Origin: a virus
Direction: 5' to 3' (one strand)
Virus record (IMG/VR): IMGVR_UViG_3300005613_000021
Span: 32,537-96,536 of that record
DNA: 64,000 nucleotides
The first letter of the stretch is position 1, and the number at the start of each line of letters is the position of its first letter. Under the pieces are notes generated by a model. The model saw nothing but the letters and a program-made list of their open reading frames with translations. It had not been told where the DNA came from and searched no databases. Below, piece after piece: positions 39,204 through 48,285 of the stretch. The position numbers were made by a program, and so were the translations under genes.

Positions 39204-40051
39204 TGTTTTTCTCCCAGAACTTCATTTTCCCAAAACCTTATTAATTTATGACCATGCTCTTGACAAAACTGATTTTTCTTTACATCTCTGTATCTGTTTA
39301 TTTTTTGAGTATTTGTTTTCGGTCCATCTGGATAAATTTTTGGATTACTATGAAAATAATCTCCATCTATTTCTATAAGAACATTATAACTAGGAAGATA
39401 GAAGTCAAAAGCCCAACTTCCAATTATATATTCTTTTTCGTATTGTATGTTATTTTGTTTTAATATTTCTGCAAACTTTCTTGCTGGCAAAGTATCTGTT
39501 TGTGGAAACTCTCCATTTTTTATTCTTTTTAGTGTTGCTTGTCTCATTAATTCCTTGGAATATTCAGAATGTTTATGTCCTGTATGTCCATGTATATTTC
39601 TTTTTTTTGCTGAAATAGACTGCTTTGTTTTTGTTTCTTTTTTTACGATTCTTCCTGTTTGTTTTTTAGACATTAATTTACCATACTCTGAATTCTTTTT
39701 ATTCAGACCTATGTTCCAGGGTTTCATTCCAAACATTGGATTGGCTTTTCCCTGTCTTGTTGTCTTTGCTTTTTCAGACCATTCTATTACTCCTGGGTTT
39801 CTTCCACACGCAAGTTTTGACCATCTAAATAAACTACCATCCTTAATTATTTTTAGTTTCTTTTTACATTTTTTACAGGGACATTCAGGACCTTCTCCAA
39901 AATACTGTTCTTTGTTCATTTTGTGTTCATTTTTTAGATGTAATAAAAAATAATCTGTTTTATAACAGCCTCTTTGTTTGTATTGTTCACTTATTTCTTC
40001 TATTGTTTTTCTACAAATACGACAAACAGAAAAGCTTATTGGTGTATACAT
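39137..40051 (-). mobile_element. Free-standing Vsr-like (EDxHD/DUF559) homing endonuclease between the split intein halves
   Basis: FDFYLP...IEIDGDYFH...RDVKKN...LIRFWE; NUMOD3-like GHKHSEYSKELM and NPMFGMKPWN; N-terminal Cys/His clusters. Confidence 0.85.
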
Positions 40052-40081
40052 TAGTATGTCTCCTATTAAGAAATCTCATGC

Positions 40082-40966
40082 TTATTCATACACCATTATG
40101 TCTAAGTCCATAGCAATAATTTCCCATAAAGGATGTTTTTCTCCATCGTTACATAAAAATTTATGATCAAGAGTACACGTTATGGTATAATCTCCATCAA
40201 GCTCTATTTCAAATACTTCTTTTTTTCCACTGTCAATGACATCTAAAACTTCCGTATATTGATCACCATCGGATGTTGGACATAAGACCATATCTCCAAC
40301 TTTTATATCGTCAAGGGTTTTTATTCCATCGGGCGTTTGAACAACTGTTGATGGGTCTAAGCATTTATTAAATGAATATCTTTGGCTTTTTTCAATCCAT
40401 GAAAAAATCTGATTTGCTTGATCTTGAGAGATGATATCCATTTTTTGGCATCCAGACAAAAACTTATCTTTAAGTTTAGCCATTTCGTCTGCCTTTTTTT
40501 TGCCGATGGCTTTTCTAAGCATGTCTGCTTCTTGTAGGTTAAACCCAGCGAGATCTTTAGCTATTTGCATCGCCTGCTCCTGGTATACCATTTCTCCAAA
40601 AGTATTAGATAAAATTGGCTCCAGAGATGGATGAAAATAATCTACGGACTCAAGGCCATTTTTCTTGTCTATAAAGTGAGAACTAACGGTTTTCCCATCA
40701 CGCACAACTTCCAAACATCCCGGCCTCATAATACTAATTAGTGCAGATAATTGTTCTATGGAATTAGGCCTGAGTTTTTTTGACATACTTCTACCAAGCC
40801 TAGACTCTAATTGAAAACACCCTTTAGTGTTTCCGCTAGATATCAAATCCCACGTAAGAGAGCAGTCCAAATTGATATTATTGATATCCGGATCAAAAAT
40901 TATATTGCCTTGCTCATCTAAAGGGAATTTACATCCACATTTTTTATATTCAAAATATTTGGTCAT
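40082..40966 (-). CDS. dnaE: DNA polymerase III alpha, middle part, fused to a 93-aa N-intein
   Basis: GCFQLES, IMRPG, VYQEQ, ADMLRKAIGKK, RYSFNK then CLDPST...TLDH. Confidence 0.95.
   Translation of the reverse strand: MTKYFEYKKCGCKFPLDEQGNIIFDPDINNINLDCSLTWDLISSGNTKGCFQLESRLGRSMSKKLRPNSIEQLSALISIMRPGCLEVVRDGKTVSSHFIDKKNGLESVDYFHPSLEPILSNTFGEMVYQEQAMQIAKDLAGFNLQEADMLRKAIGKKKADEMAKLKDKFLSGCQKMDIISQDQANQIFSWIEKSQRYSFNKCLDPSTVVQTPDGIKTLDDIKVGDMVLCPTSDGDQYTEVLDVIDSGKKEVFEIELDGDYTITCTLDHKFLCNDGEKHPLWEIIAMDLDIMVYE
40085..40363 (-). mobile_element. Split intein, N-half (93 aa)
   Basis: Block A CLDPSTVVQTPDG, IKVGDMV, block B ITCTLDHKFL, then stop codon. Confidence 0.92.
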
Positions 40967-41646
40967 GCAAAAGAATTCCTAAATTTAATCTTTTTTGCTT
41001 GATTTCTATGAAGCCTTAAAAACCTTGTTAAAATTTCTGCACAATCTTGAACATCTTTTAGTGCGTCATGAGCATTGTCTTTTGACATACCAAAATAATC
41101 CCTCATATTATCCAAAGACAAGCTTTTTATTTCGCTGTTGTTCTCAAACCACAAAAACATCAAATGCATAAGATCTAGTTTATCTCTAGGATGAAAAATA
41201 TTATTGCTTTTATCTTTGCCAACATTTTTATATTTATTTGCTAACCTATCAATGATAGGTATATCAAATCTTAGTATATTGTAACCAGCTGCTATAGGGG
41301 CTGAAAACATACTTTTTCTAGAAGATCTAGTATGATATTTATCTAGATAGTTAATAAACTGGTTCCAAGATTGTTTTTGAGAAGGATACTTTTTCCAATT
41401 TTCTAAAATTTCAGTTGATGTACACTGTTGTGCTTTTGCATGAAATTCTAGAAGATCTATACCATATTCATGACTAGGATTTTGGTCTAAAAGCTCAGGC
41501 TTAAAATTAATATTAAATTCAGAATTAGGAATGATTTCTAATTTATCTGGATCTATCATTATGCAGGCCAATTGCACAGGACTACATTCGTTTGGATCTT
41601 TACCGTCTGTTTCGAAATCAAAAACACATATTTTATTTTTCAACAA
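40963..41646 (-). CDS. dnaQ: DEDDh 3'-5' exonuclease (DnaQ/epsilon-like)
   Basis: ExoI VFDFET, ExoII GYNILRFD, ExoIII HDALKD. Confidence 0.88.
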   Translation of the reverse strand: MLKNKICVFDFETDGKDPNECSPVQLACIMIDPDKLEIIPNSEFNINFKPELLDQNPSHEYGIDLLEFHAKAQQCTSTEILENWKKYPSQKQSWNQFINYLDKYHTRSSRKSMFSAPIAAGYNILRFDIPIIDRLANKYKNVGKDKSNNIFHPRDKLDLMHLMFLWFENNSEIKSLSLDNMRDYFGMSKDNAHDALKDVQDCAEILTRFLRLHRNQAKKIKFRNSFA

Positions 41647-41821
41647 TTCTTACTACCTCCTCTAGTGGTCTAAAAACAGCTGTGGTTTTACCATCTTGTG
41701 TTTTTGCATTTAGTTTGATTTTACAACACGAGACTCTTTCTTCCTTTACTTTAATATATCTTGTATTAACCTGTCCAGCCTTAATAAAAATGTCGTTGAT
41801 TTTTAAGTCTTTAAATTTCAT
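41633..41821 (-). CDS. Small basic hypothetical protein
   Basis: 62-aa ORF exactly filling the gap between dnaE part 1 and the exonuclease. Confidence 0.65.
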   Translation of the reverse strand: MKFKDLKINDIFIKAGQVNTRYIKVKEERVSCCKIKLNAKTQDGKTTAVFRPLEEVVRIVEK

Positions 41822-41822
41822 T

Positions 41823-43700
41823 TTAAACTCCCATTTTTAGCATTTCGGAAACATTCATAATTTTATCTAGGACTGCGACTCCTAGAATATCAAATTTAAT
41901 TACCCCTATGCTTTCGAGATCTTGCATTTCCATACCAGCTATAAGATTTTTGTTTTTTGTATCATAAACCATAGGGCAAATATTTGTTAGTGGTTCTGGG
42001 GCTATTACCACACCAGCAGCATGTTTGGATTGATTTGTTTTTGTTCCTTCTAGTCTAATAGCTTGTTCAAAGCGTTTTGACAAGGGACCACTGAGATTTC
42101 CATCATTATCTATAGAACACCACTCTTTCAAGTCCTTAGCCTTGTTCTCTAAGGCCCACTTGATAATAGATGCTTCACCATATTCTTTTTTCATTTCCTG
42201 TAATTCATCAGAAATTTTAGCTTCATCAGGAATGTTTTTAGTGATCTTATTCATGTCTTCAAATGATAGGTTTCCGTATACTCTGAGCACGTCTTTTAAA
42301 GAACCTCGACCTTTCATGGTATTAAATGTTAACATTTGAGAAACTTTGTCAGATCCATAAGTTTGCTTTATATAGTCAATTATATTTTCTCTTTTATCAA
42401 TTGGAACATCGATATCAATATCTGGCATGGACACTCTATCTTTAGTATTCCTGCCAGCATTATAGAATCTATCAAAAAGTAAATCATATTTCATTGGATC
42501 GATAGATGTAATTCCAAGAAGATATGACACTAAACAGCCTGCTGCGCTCCCTCTCCCTGGTCCCGGAAGCCAATTGGACTGTCTTATATGATGCACTATG
42601 TCTTGAACAATTAAAAAATAGCTAGATAAATTTGCTCCATGAAGCACATTAAATTCATATTTAAGTCTTTTAACATACTTATCTTGTTCTTCTTTAGATA
42701 AACTATTAAGGTTATGACTCCTCCATCCTGTTCTACACAAATCTCTTAGGTAGTCTGAATCTGATTCATATTTTTTAGGAAATTTAAAAGGAGGAAGTAC
42801 GGGATGGCTGAGTATATCATATTCCTCACATAAAGAATCTACATAAATAGTATTGTCTATTTCTTCTTCTGTGTGTAGATAGGACATTTCTTCTGGAGAT
42901 GGTATATAATACTTATCACTATTAAAAAAACAAGATAGCGGTACGGGCATGTTGGTCTGTAGTTTGTGATTTATTTGAGATAAAGTAGTCTTCATATTAT
43001 TACAAAGCAGTATTCTTTGATCTACAGCATCGCTCTGATTTGCGTAGTGAGCATCTGGTGTGCATATAACCTTGGCGCCCGACAGATCTCCAAGAGTTCT
43101 TATACATTCTGTTAGTTCTATCTGTATAGAATTAATGTCTTTATCTATTAATTGTGCTTCTAGAAAGACATTACCTTGACCAAAAACATCTGTTAGTTTA
43201 TCTATATGATTTTTTCCATTCTTTTTCCAATCATCATCTATAGCATCATTAGTCATTACCTGTCTTGCTAACGTAGAACCTAAATGCCCAGTAATGGCCA
43301 ATATATTTCCGTCAAGCAAATCCCCAAGAGTATCTAAGTCAAGTCTTGGCTTATGATAATATCTATCTGGATTATTGCTCTCAGATACAATCTTTATTAA
43401 AGTTTTCCATCCTGCTAAATTTTTTGCCAAAACAACAAGATGGTCAAGTTTGGTGTTTTCTTTATTTTTTTCTTTAGAACAAGATTTAGATATATATAAC
43501 TCACAACCTAAAATAGGCTTGATGTTATTTGCTCTTAAGTGACTAAAAAATTGAACAGTACCTGAAATTGAACCATGATCGGTGATGGCGCATGATGACA
43601 CGCCAATATTTTTACATCTTTTTACAATATCAGAAGGTTTACTAAGTCCATCCAATAAAGAATAATGCGTATGTACATGGAGGGGGACGTAATTTTTCAT
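41823..43700 (-). CDS. dnaE: DNA polymerase III alpha, N-terminal part (PHP + palm)
   Basis: HVHTHYSLLDG, TDHG, GPGRGSAAG, RVSMPDIDID, HAAGVV, KFDILG. Confidence 0.97.
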   Translation of the reverse strand: MKNYVPLHVHTHYSLLDGLSKPSDIVKRCKNIGVSSCAITDHGSISGTVQFFSHLRANNIKPILGCELYISKSCSKEKNKENTKLDHLVVLAKNLAGWKTLIKIVSESNNPDRYYHKPRLDLDTLGDLLDGNILAITGHLGSTLARQVMTNDAIDDDWKKNGKNHIDKLTDVFGQGNVFLEAQLIDKDINSIQIELTECIRTLGDLSGAKVICTPDAHYANQSDAVDQRILLCNNMKTTLSQINHKLQTNMPVPLSCFFNSDKYYIPSPEEMSYLHTEEEIDNTIYVDSLCEEYDILSHPVLPPFKFPKKYESDSDYLRDLCRTGWRSHNLNSLSKEEQDKYVKRLKYEFNVLHGANLSSYFLIVQDIVHHIRQSNWLPGPGRGSAAGCLVSYLLGITSIDPMKYDLLFDRFYNAGRNTKDRVSMPDIDIDVPIDKRENIIDYIKQTYGSDKVSQMLTFNTMKGRGSLKDVLRVYGNLSFEDMNKITKNIPDEAKISDELQEMKKEYGEASIIKWALENKAKDLKEWCSIDNDGNLSGPLSKRFEQAIRLEGTKTNQSKHAAGVVIAPEPLTNICPMVYDTKNKNLIAGMEMQDLESIGVIKFDILGVAVLDKIMNVSEMLKMGV

Positions 43701-44740
43701 TCTGTACTTCCAGGGGCTTTGTAGTGTCCTACATTATAGCCGGGAACTGTGTATTCGTCAACTGTTTCTTTCAAACCCTTGATGCTAATGTCATGTGCTA
43801 CCTGTTCGCATTTAGTCATAGGACTACCAATGTTGCAAGTCTGTCCATCTCTATATTCTATAATAGGAAGAATATTTGTTCCCTCAAAAGTGGTTTTTCC
43901 ATAATGGCATAATTTTGTACATTTCCATGTTTTGCTTAATTTAGGTTGGGTAGTAGACTGTATTTTTTTGAATTTTTGTTTAAGTAATTCTTCTGTTTTG
44001 TATAGGTCTTTTTTGTCAAAAGTCATACTAAAAGGACCGCCATCATTGATAAAATAAATAGTAACAATACAGTGTTCTATTTCTGGATAAAGTTTACTGA
44101 CGGCATAAAAGTATATCATTAATTGTGGATCAACCTCTAGTTTTTCTTGAGTCTTTTCTTCTCCTGTCGCCCAATTAAGTCTACGCCCTGTTTTCCAGTC
44201 TATAATTTCTAAAGTATTTTCGTTGGGTTTTGTTATAAGATCTATCGTACCTTTAATAGATAGCTGCCCTTCTAAAGGCCCGTCTTTTGTATCATACTTA
44301 AATTTAGCCCACGGCTTATCTATTGTAATGTCAAATTGTTGTTCAGGATACAGGATATTTCTATTTCTTGGATCAAACATGCCATTTTCATAATTGATTG
44401 CTTTATATGTCCATTTAGAACAATCTTTAAAATCTATGGGCTTCCATTCGTGGTGGGTAAAAGCGCTTGTGTAATGGGTGTAAATAGAGTCTATAATACC
44501 GTCTAAATCATAATCTTGAACATCAACCTCTCCAATGATATCATCTATAAAAGTTCTGTTGCCCTCTTGAGTATGGTATTTGATGAAAGCTAATATTTCC
44601 AATACCTTGTGGACAATAGTTCCTTTGTCTGCTTTTTTGTTTGAAGGTGATCTATATCCTAAAACATAATCGAATAAATATTGTTGTTCACACATATTAT
44701 GAGTATTATATGATGAGCTTCTGAAATATGTTATTATAAT
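43697..44740 (-). CDS. Cas4/RecB-like PD-(D/E)xK exonuclease with Fe-S cluster cysteines; start probably upstream of the track's 44695
   Basis: GTIVHKVLE, GTIDL, IIDWKTG, QLMIY, C-terminal CTKLC; frame stays open upstream as IIITYFRSSSYNTHNMC. Confidence 0.85.
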   Translation of the reverse strand: MIITYFRSSSYNTHNMCEQQYLFDYVLGYRSPSNKKADKGTIVHKVLEILAFIKYHTQEGNRTFIDDIIGEVDVQDYDLDGIIDSIYTHYTSAFTHHEWKPIDFKDCSKWTYKAINYENGMFDPRNRNILYPEQQFDITIDKPWAKFKYDTKDGPLEGQLSIKGTIDLITKPNENTLEIIDWKTGRRLNWATGEEKTQEKLEVDPQLMIYFYAVSKLYPEIEHCIVTIYFINDGGPFSMTFDKKDLYKTEELLKQKFKKIQSTTQPKLSKTWKCTKLCHYGKTTFEGTNILPIIEYRDGQTCNIGSPMTKCEQVAHDISIKGLKETVDEYTVPGYNVGHYKAPGSTE

Positions 44741-45321
44741 GGTAGCACCCTCTTATCTTTTAGGAATTGAAATATAAGTTTATTTTTATCAACTATTTCC
44801 ATATCTTGGTTTTCTATTATCAAATCAAAATGAAATGGGTCGTACCTATCCTCATCTAACGCTATCTCGCTTTCGTGAGAAGAGTTGTAAAGGTTTCTAT
44901 TAAGTTTTACTACCAGGCCCCCAGCATTTTTAACCGCTTCAACCTCGTTAGGAAAACGACAATCAGCAATCAAAGATAATGGTAGGTTTTCGTCTTGTAT
45001 TTTCCTTATTGTAGCATCAGCCCAAACGTTGTGTTGCATTTTTCTAAACACATTAGTTCCCACATATTGCATTACTTCTCTAGCTGTCATGGTTTTATTA
45101 GTATCGGGCCATAGACAATTAACTAATTCATTTTTATTATCGTCAGAACCATAGCACTGATCATATGTTAGACCAAATATATCAATGCACATTTTTTTAA
45201 GAGGATCAGCAAAGTTATATATTGCCGAATTTTGTTGCGTGGTTTGAGAAAAAACATTAGCAGTAAATTCACATGCAGTAGTTTTACCAGATTGTTTTCT
45301 TCCAGCAAATGCTATAATCAT
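44734..45321 (-). CDS. Deoxynucleoside monophosphate kinase
   Basis: GRKQSGKT, FADPLK, REVMQYVGT, DCRFPNE. Confidence 0.9.
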   Translation of the reverse strand: MIIAFAGRKQSGKTTACEFTANVFSQTTQQNSAIYNFADPLKKMCIDIFGLTYDQCYGSDDNKNELVNCLWPDTNKTMTAREVMQYVGTNVFRKMQHNVWADATIRKIQDENLPLSLIADCRFPNEVEAVKNAGGLVVKLNRNLYNSSHESEIALDEDRYDPFHFDLIIENQDMEIVDKNKLIFQFLKDKRVLPL

Positions 45322-46475
45322 AAATTTTCCTTTATAAACTGTTTAATCTGAATATCAATTTCTTCATTTGTCATTTCTCCTATATCAGATTTCGATATTT
45401 CTGGGAAAAATAAACGATATGTGTTTTCACACTTGCTTTTAATTTCTTGTGCCGCTTTTTTTCCTGCTTCATCATTATCCATAATAACAAATAATGTCAT
45501 AGCGCCAGAAGAATCCAAAATCAGTTTTTGCCTATCGCTCAGATTACATCCAAAAATAGCTACACTATTATGTATATTATTTTCTTCTAGTCTCCAGACA
45601 TTGCCTGGACTTTCTACAAGAATCGCATAACTATCTTTTAAAATATATTCTTTTGCATGCCAAAAATTATACAAGTGATTTTGTGACTTAAATCCATAGC
45701 TGTGTTTCCATTTAGAGTATTGCCATTGTTTTTCTTTATCTGGACAATAATTTTCAGGGTCGTGGAAAGAAGAACAAATATCGCACTTATTAAAAATACT
45801 CCTTCCTGTACATCCAATTAAATATTGAGCGGATTGGTCATATACTGGTACTACAACTCTTTGATACATTGGCTTTTGAGGATTGTCACAGAACCCAACA
45901 TCATACTTTACCAAAACACTTTCTGTAAATCCCCTGTCTATATAGTATGTTGATGGTATTTGTATATTATTTATTACTGCTTGTCTATTGATTTTATTTT
46001 CTATTAATGGTTTTTCTACAAATCTATCTACAATTCTTGCAAAATTGTTTTTGTCTTGCTTTATCGCACTAAATACCATTTCTGTTTCAATCTTGTCAGA
46101 CACTAACGACTTTGCAAAATTCATAGCCTCTTGAAATGAACACATTTGGTCTCCATCTTGACACCAATTATATTTCCTAGAAGATAAAACCCCTCTTATA
46201 AAACCCAAAATAGAACCCTTGAAATATTTTTCGCATTGATGAGTTCTACATTTCCAATTCCCCCTATATGTGTCACCCTCATAATACAAATTAAGCGCAG
46301 AATCATTATCTCCGCCATGTATAGGACAAGGCATAGTTAGCATTTTAGAATTGTCCCTATAATCACATAAATCTAGCGAAGATAACACATCTTCTATATT
46401 ATCGCAAAGAGAATCGCATATTACTTTTAGTTCGTTTTGGCTATGCGAACGGTATTTCTTCTTTATCATTGTCAA
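45318..46475 (-). CDS. dnaG: DNA primase
   Basis: Zn-binding CPIH...CRTHQC, GRS, LYN, TOPRIM ILVE...MDNDEAG. Confidence 0.88.
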   Translation of the reverse strand: MTMIKKKYRSHSQNELKVICDSLCDNIEDVLSSLDLCDYRDNSKMLTMPCPIHGGDNDSALNLYYEGDTYRGNWKCRTHQCEKYFKGSILGFIRGVLSSRKYNWCQDGDQMCSFQEAMNFAKSLVSDKIETEMVFSAIKQDKNNFARIVDRFVEKPLIENKINRQAVINNIQIPSTYYIDRGFTESVLVKYDVGFCDNPQKPMYQRVVVPVYDQSAQYLIGCTGRSIFNKCDICSSFHDPENYCPDKEKQWQYSKWKHSYGFKSQNHLYNFWHAKEYILKDSYAILVESPGNVWRLEENNIHNSVAIFGCNLSDRQKLILDSSGAMTLFVIMDNDEAGKKAAQEIKSKCENTYRLFFPEISKSDIGEMTNEEIDIQIKQFIKENL

Positions 46476-47889
46476 CTACAAATCCTTCTTCTTCGTCCAT
46501 ATTGCTATTCATTAATTCAAGTTTAGTTTTGCCTTCTGTAATTTTGGCACACCAGCCCTTCATATTACAGTTGATATAGTCATTATCGTCTAATCCTCCT
46601 CCGTGTCTACTGATAACAGGTATTAGTTTTCTATTCCCAGCAGAAGGGCCATCTTCAGATATTTCTTCGTCGCTTTTTCTCTTAAAGATAGTAAAGTTAC
46701 TACACAACCAAATAATTCTATCTGATCCACTAGCAGTATCAGTACTTTCTTTTGTTATGCCATCTCTATTTAATTGGATAAATGAAACTATTGGTATTTT
46801 GTACTTACTGGCAAAATTATGTAAGCTGGTCATCATAAAACCAAGTAGTTGATACTCCTTCATATCTGATGATAATCCTTGAGTATCCATAAGTTTTAGA
46901 TAATCATAGAACACAACGCAATCCTTAGCTGTGCCATCGTCATTCAGTCCCACATCTTTAATTAGCCACCTTTTCATAATAGACAGTTGCTCATCAAAAG
47001 ATTTGCCAGCAATAGATTTGTGATAAAATTTCATTTTGCTTAGTTCTTCTGCTGCTTTGTTTATTTTATTTAGCGAAGCGTGGGATTCTGCAAATTTACC
47101 AGTCTCTATCTTGTTGATCTCTATCTCAGTCATCATAGCAATAAGTCTATTTATATGGTCTACTTTGGTCATTTCAGTATCCATATTTAAAACGGGGATA
47201 CCTCTCTTTGCTATGTTTAAACCCATGTTATCAGACAGTAATGTTTTGCCTGTTTTTGGTCGTGCTGCAATTACGTTGATTGTGCTTTTTCTTAAGCCCC
47301 CTCCAATAGATTGATCATATACAGGAAAGCCAGTAGGAATACCTACTTGGTCTATTGGGTTCTCTATTAATTCTTGAATATATTCTTCTAATCCTTTAGA
47401 CATCTGCTCTGGGGCAGCATCGTCATTATTGATAAGATTAGTAAAGTCAAATATAGGATCTTCTGCTAGAGAAATAATGTGAGATATTGTTTCTGATCCA
47501 TTTATGGAGTCGATATTCTTTTGTGCATCACCAAGCTGTTTCTTCAAAAGTCTAGCTATTTTTAGTTTACATATTTTACTAGCAAACTTTTTTACGTTGT
47601 CTATATGTATGGGAAAATTTAAAACAGCCTGAAGATGATGCAGTTCTTCCTTTTTAGCAAAATAATCTGAGTATCCTAATTCTTTAGCTTGAGAAAGTAT
47701 TGAGGCTATATCAATAGCAGTAACATTTTCTTCACATAGTTTTTTTATGCAATCAAAAATTAGCTTATTACTATCTATTGTAAAGCATTCAACATCAACA
47801 ATATCAGAAATTTCCAAATAAATATTATCAGTGTATTTGCAAATTCCAGACAATACGGCTCTTTCAGCAGCAGTATCACTGAGACTCAT
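46441..47889 (-). CDS. dnaB: Replicative DNA helicase
   Basis: AERAVL start, GIPTGF, AARPKTGKT, DYLKLM, QLNR. Confidence 0.95.
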   Translation of the reverse strand: MSLSDTAAERAVLSGICKYTDNIYLEISDIVDVECFTIDSNKLIFDCIKKLCEENVTAIDIASILSQAKELGYSDYFAKKEELHHLQAVLNFPIHIDNVKKFASKICKLKIARLLKKQLGDAQKNIDSINGSETISHIISLAEDPIFDFTNLINNDDAAPEQMSKGLEEYIQELIENPIDQVGIPTGFPVYDQSIGGGLRKSTINVIAARPKTGKTLLSDNMGLNIAKRGIPVLNMDTEMTKVDHINRLIAMMTEIEINKIETGKFAESHASLNKINKAAEELSKMKFYHKSIAGKSFDEQLSIMKRWLIKDVGLNDDGTAKDCVVFYDYLKLMDTQGLSSDMKEYQLLGFMMTSLHNFASKYKIPIVSFIQLNRDGITKESTDTASGSDRIIWLCSNFTIFKRKSDEEISEDGPSAGNRKLIPVISRHGGGLDDNDYINCNMKGWCAKITEGKTKLELMNSNMDEEEGFVVDNDKEEIPFA

Positions 47890-47892
47890 TGA

Positions 47893-48285
47893 TCAACCTC
47901 CAGACCTAGAACACGCATTACACTTATACCTAGTTGGTTCATTGACTAATACCGGATTTATTTCCTCTTTCTTGCCACATACACGACAAGACACCTTAAT
48001 AGTATTGAATGAACGGGTTCTTGGACAGGGATCTAGAACCTTAAGTTTTTTATCAATTGCCGTATCTTCTTTAAACATATTTCTTTCCGGCATACTATCA
48101 AATTTATTTGTTGAAGTCGTCTTGGTTTTTTTTATATTGGCTACGATACTATTTTTGGTTGGTGTTGTTTTTCTTGTTGATTTTTTCTTAGGCTTCTCTT
48201 CTTCTGTTGTCTTTTCTTCTTCGTCATCAACCAAAGCCATAAGTAATTTATAGATTTGTTCAACTGTTTCTTTTTTATTGCTCAT
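47893..48285 (-). CDS. Hypothetical protein with C-terminal zinc ribbon
   Basis: CRVC...CNAC. Confidence 0.7.
   Translation of the reverse strand: MSNKKETVEQIYKLLMALVDDEEEKTTEEEKPKKKSTRKTTPTKNSIVANIKKTKTTSTNKFDSMPERNMFKEDTAIDKKLKVLDPCPRTRSFNTIKVSCRVCGKKEEINPVLVNEPTRYKCNACSRSGG

Noticed and set aside
39137-40081. Group I intron interrupting dnaE
   Set aside because: Flanking genes carry complementary intein halves with their own stop, RBS and start; there is no non-coding room for a ribozyme core
38088-43700. dnaE pseudogene or frameshift artefact
   Set aside because: All catalytic motifs are intact and the pieces are separated by complete, coupled genes rather than single-base errors
43697-44740. 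Cas4-like gene as evidence of a CRISPR-Cas system
   Set aside because: No repeat-spacer array or other cas genes seen; stand-alone Cas4-like nucleases are common in phage replication modules
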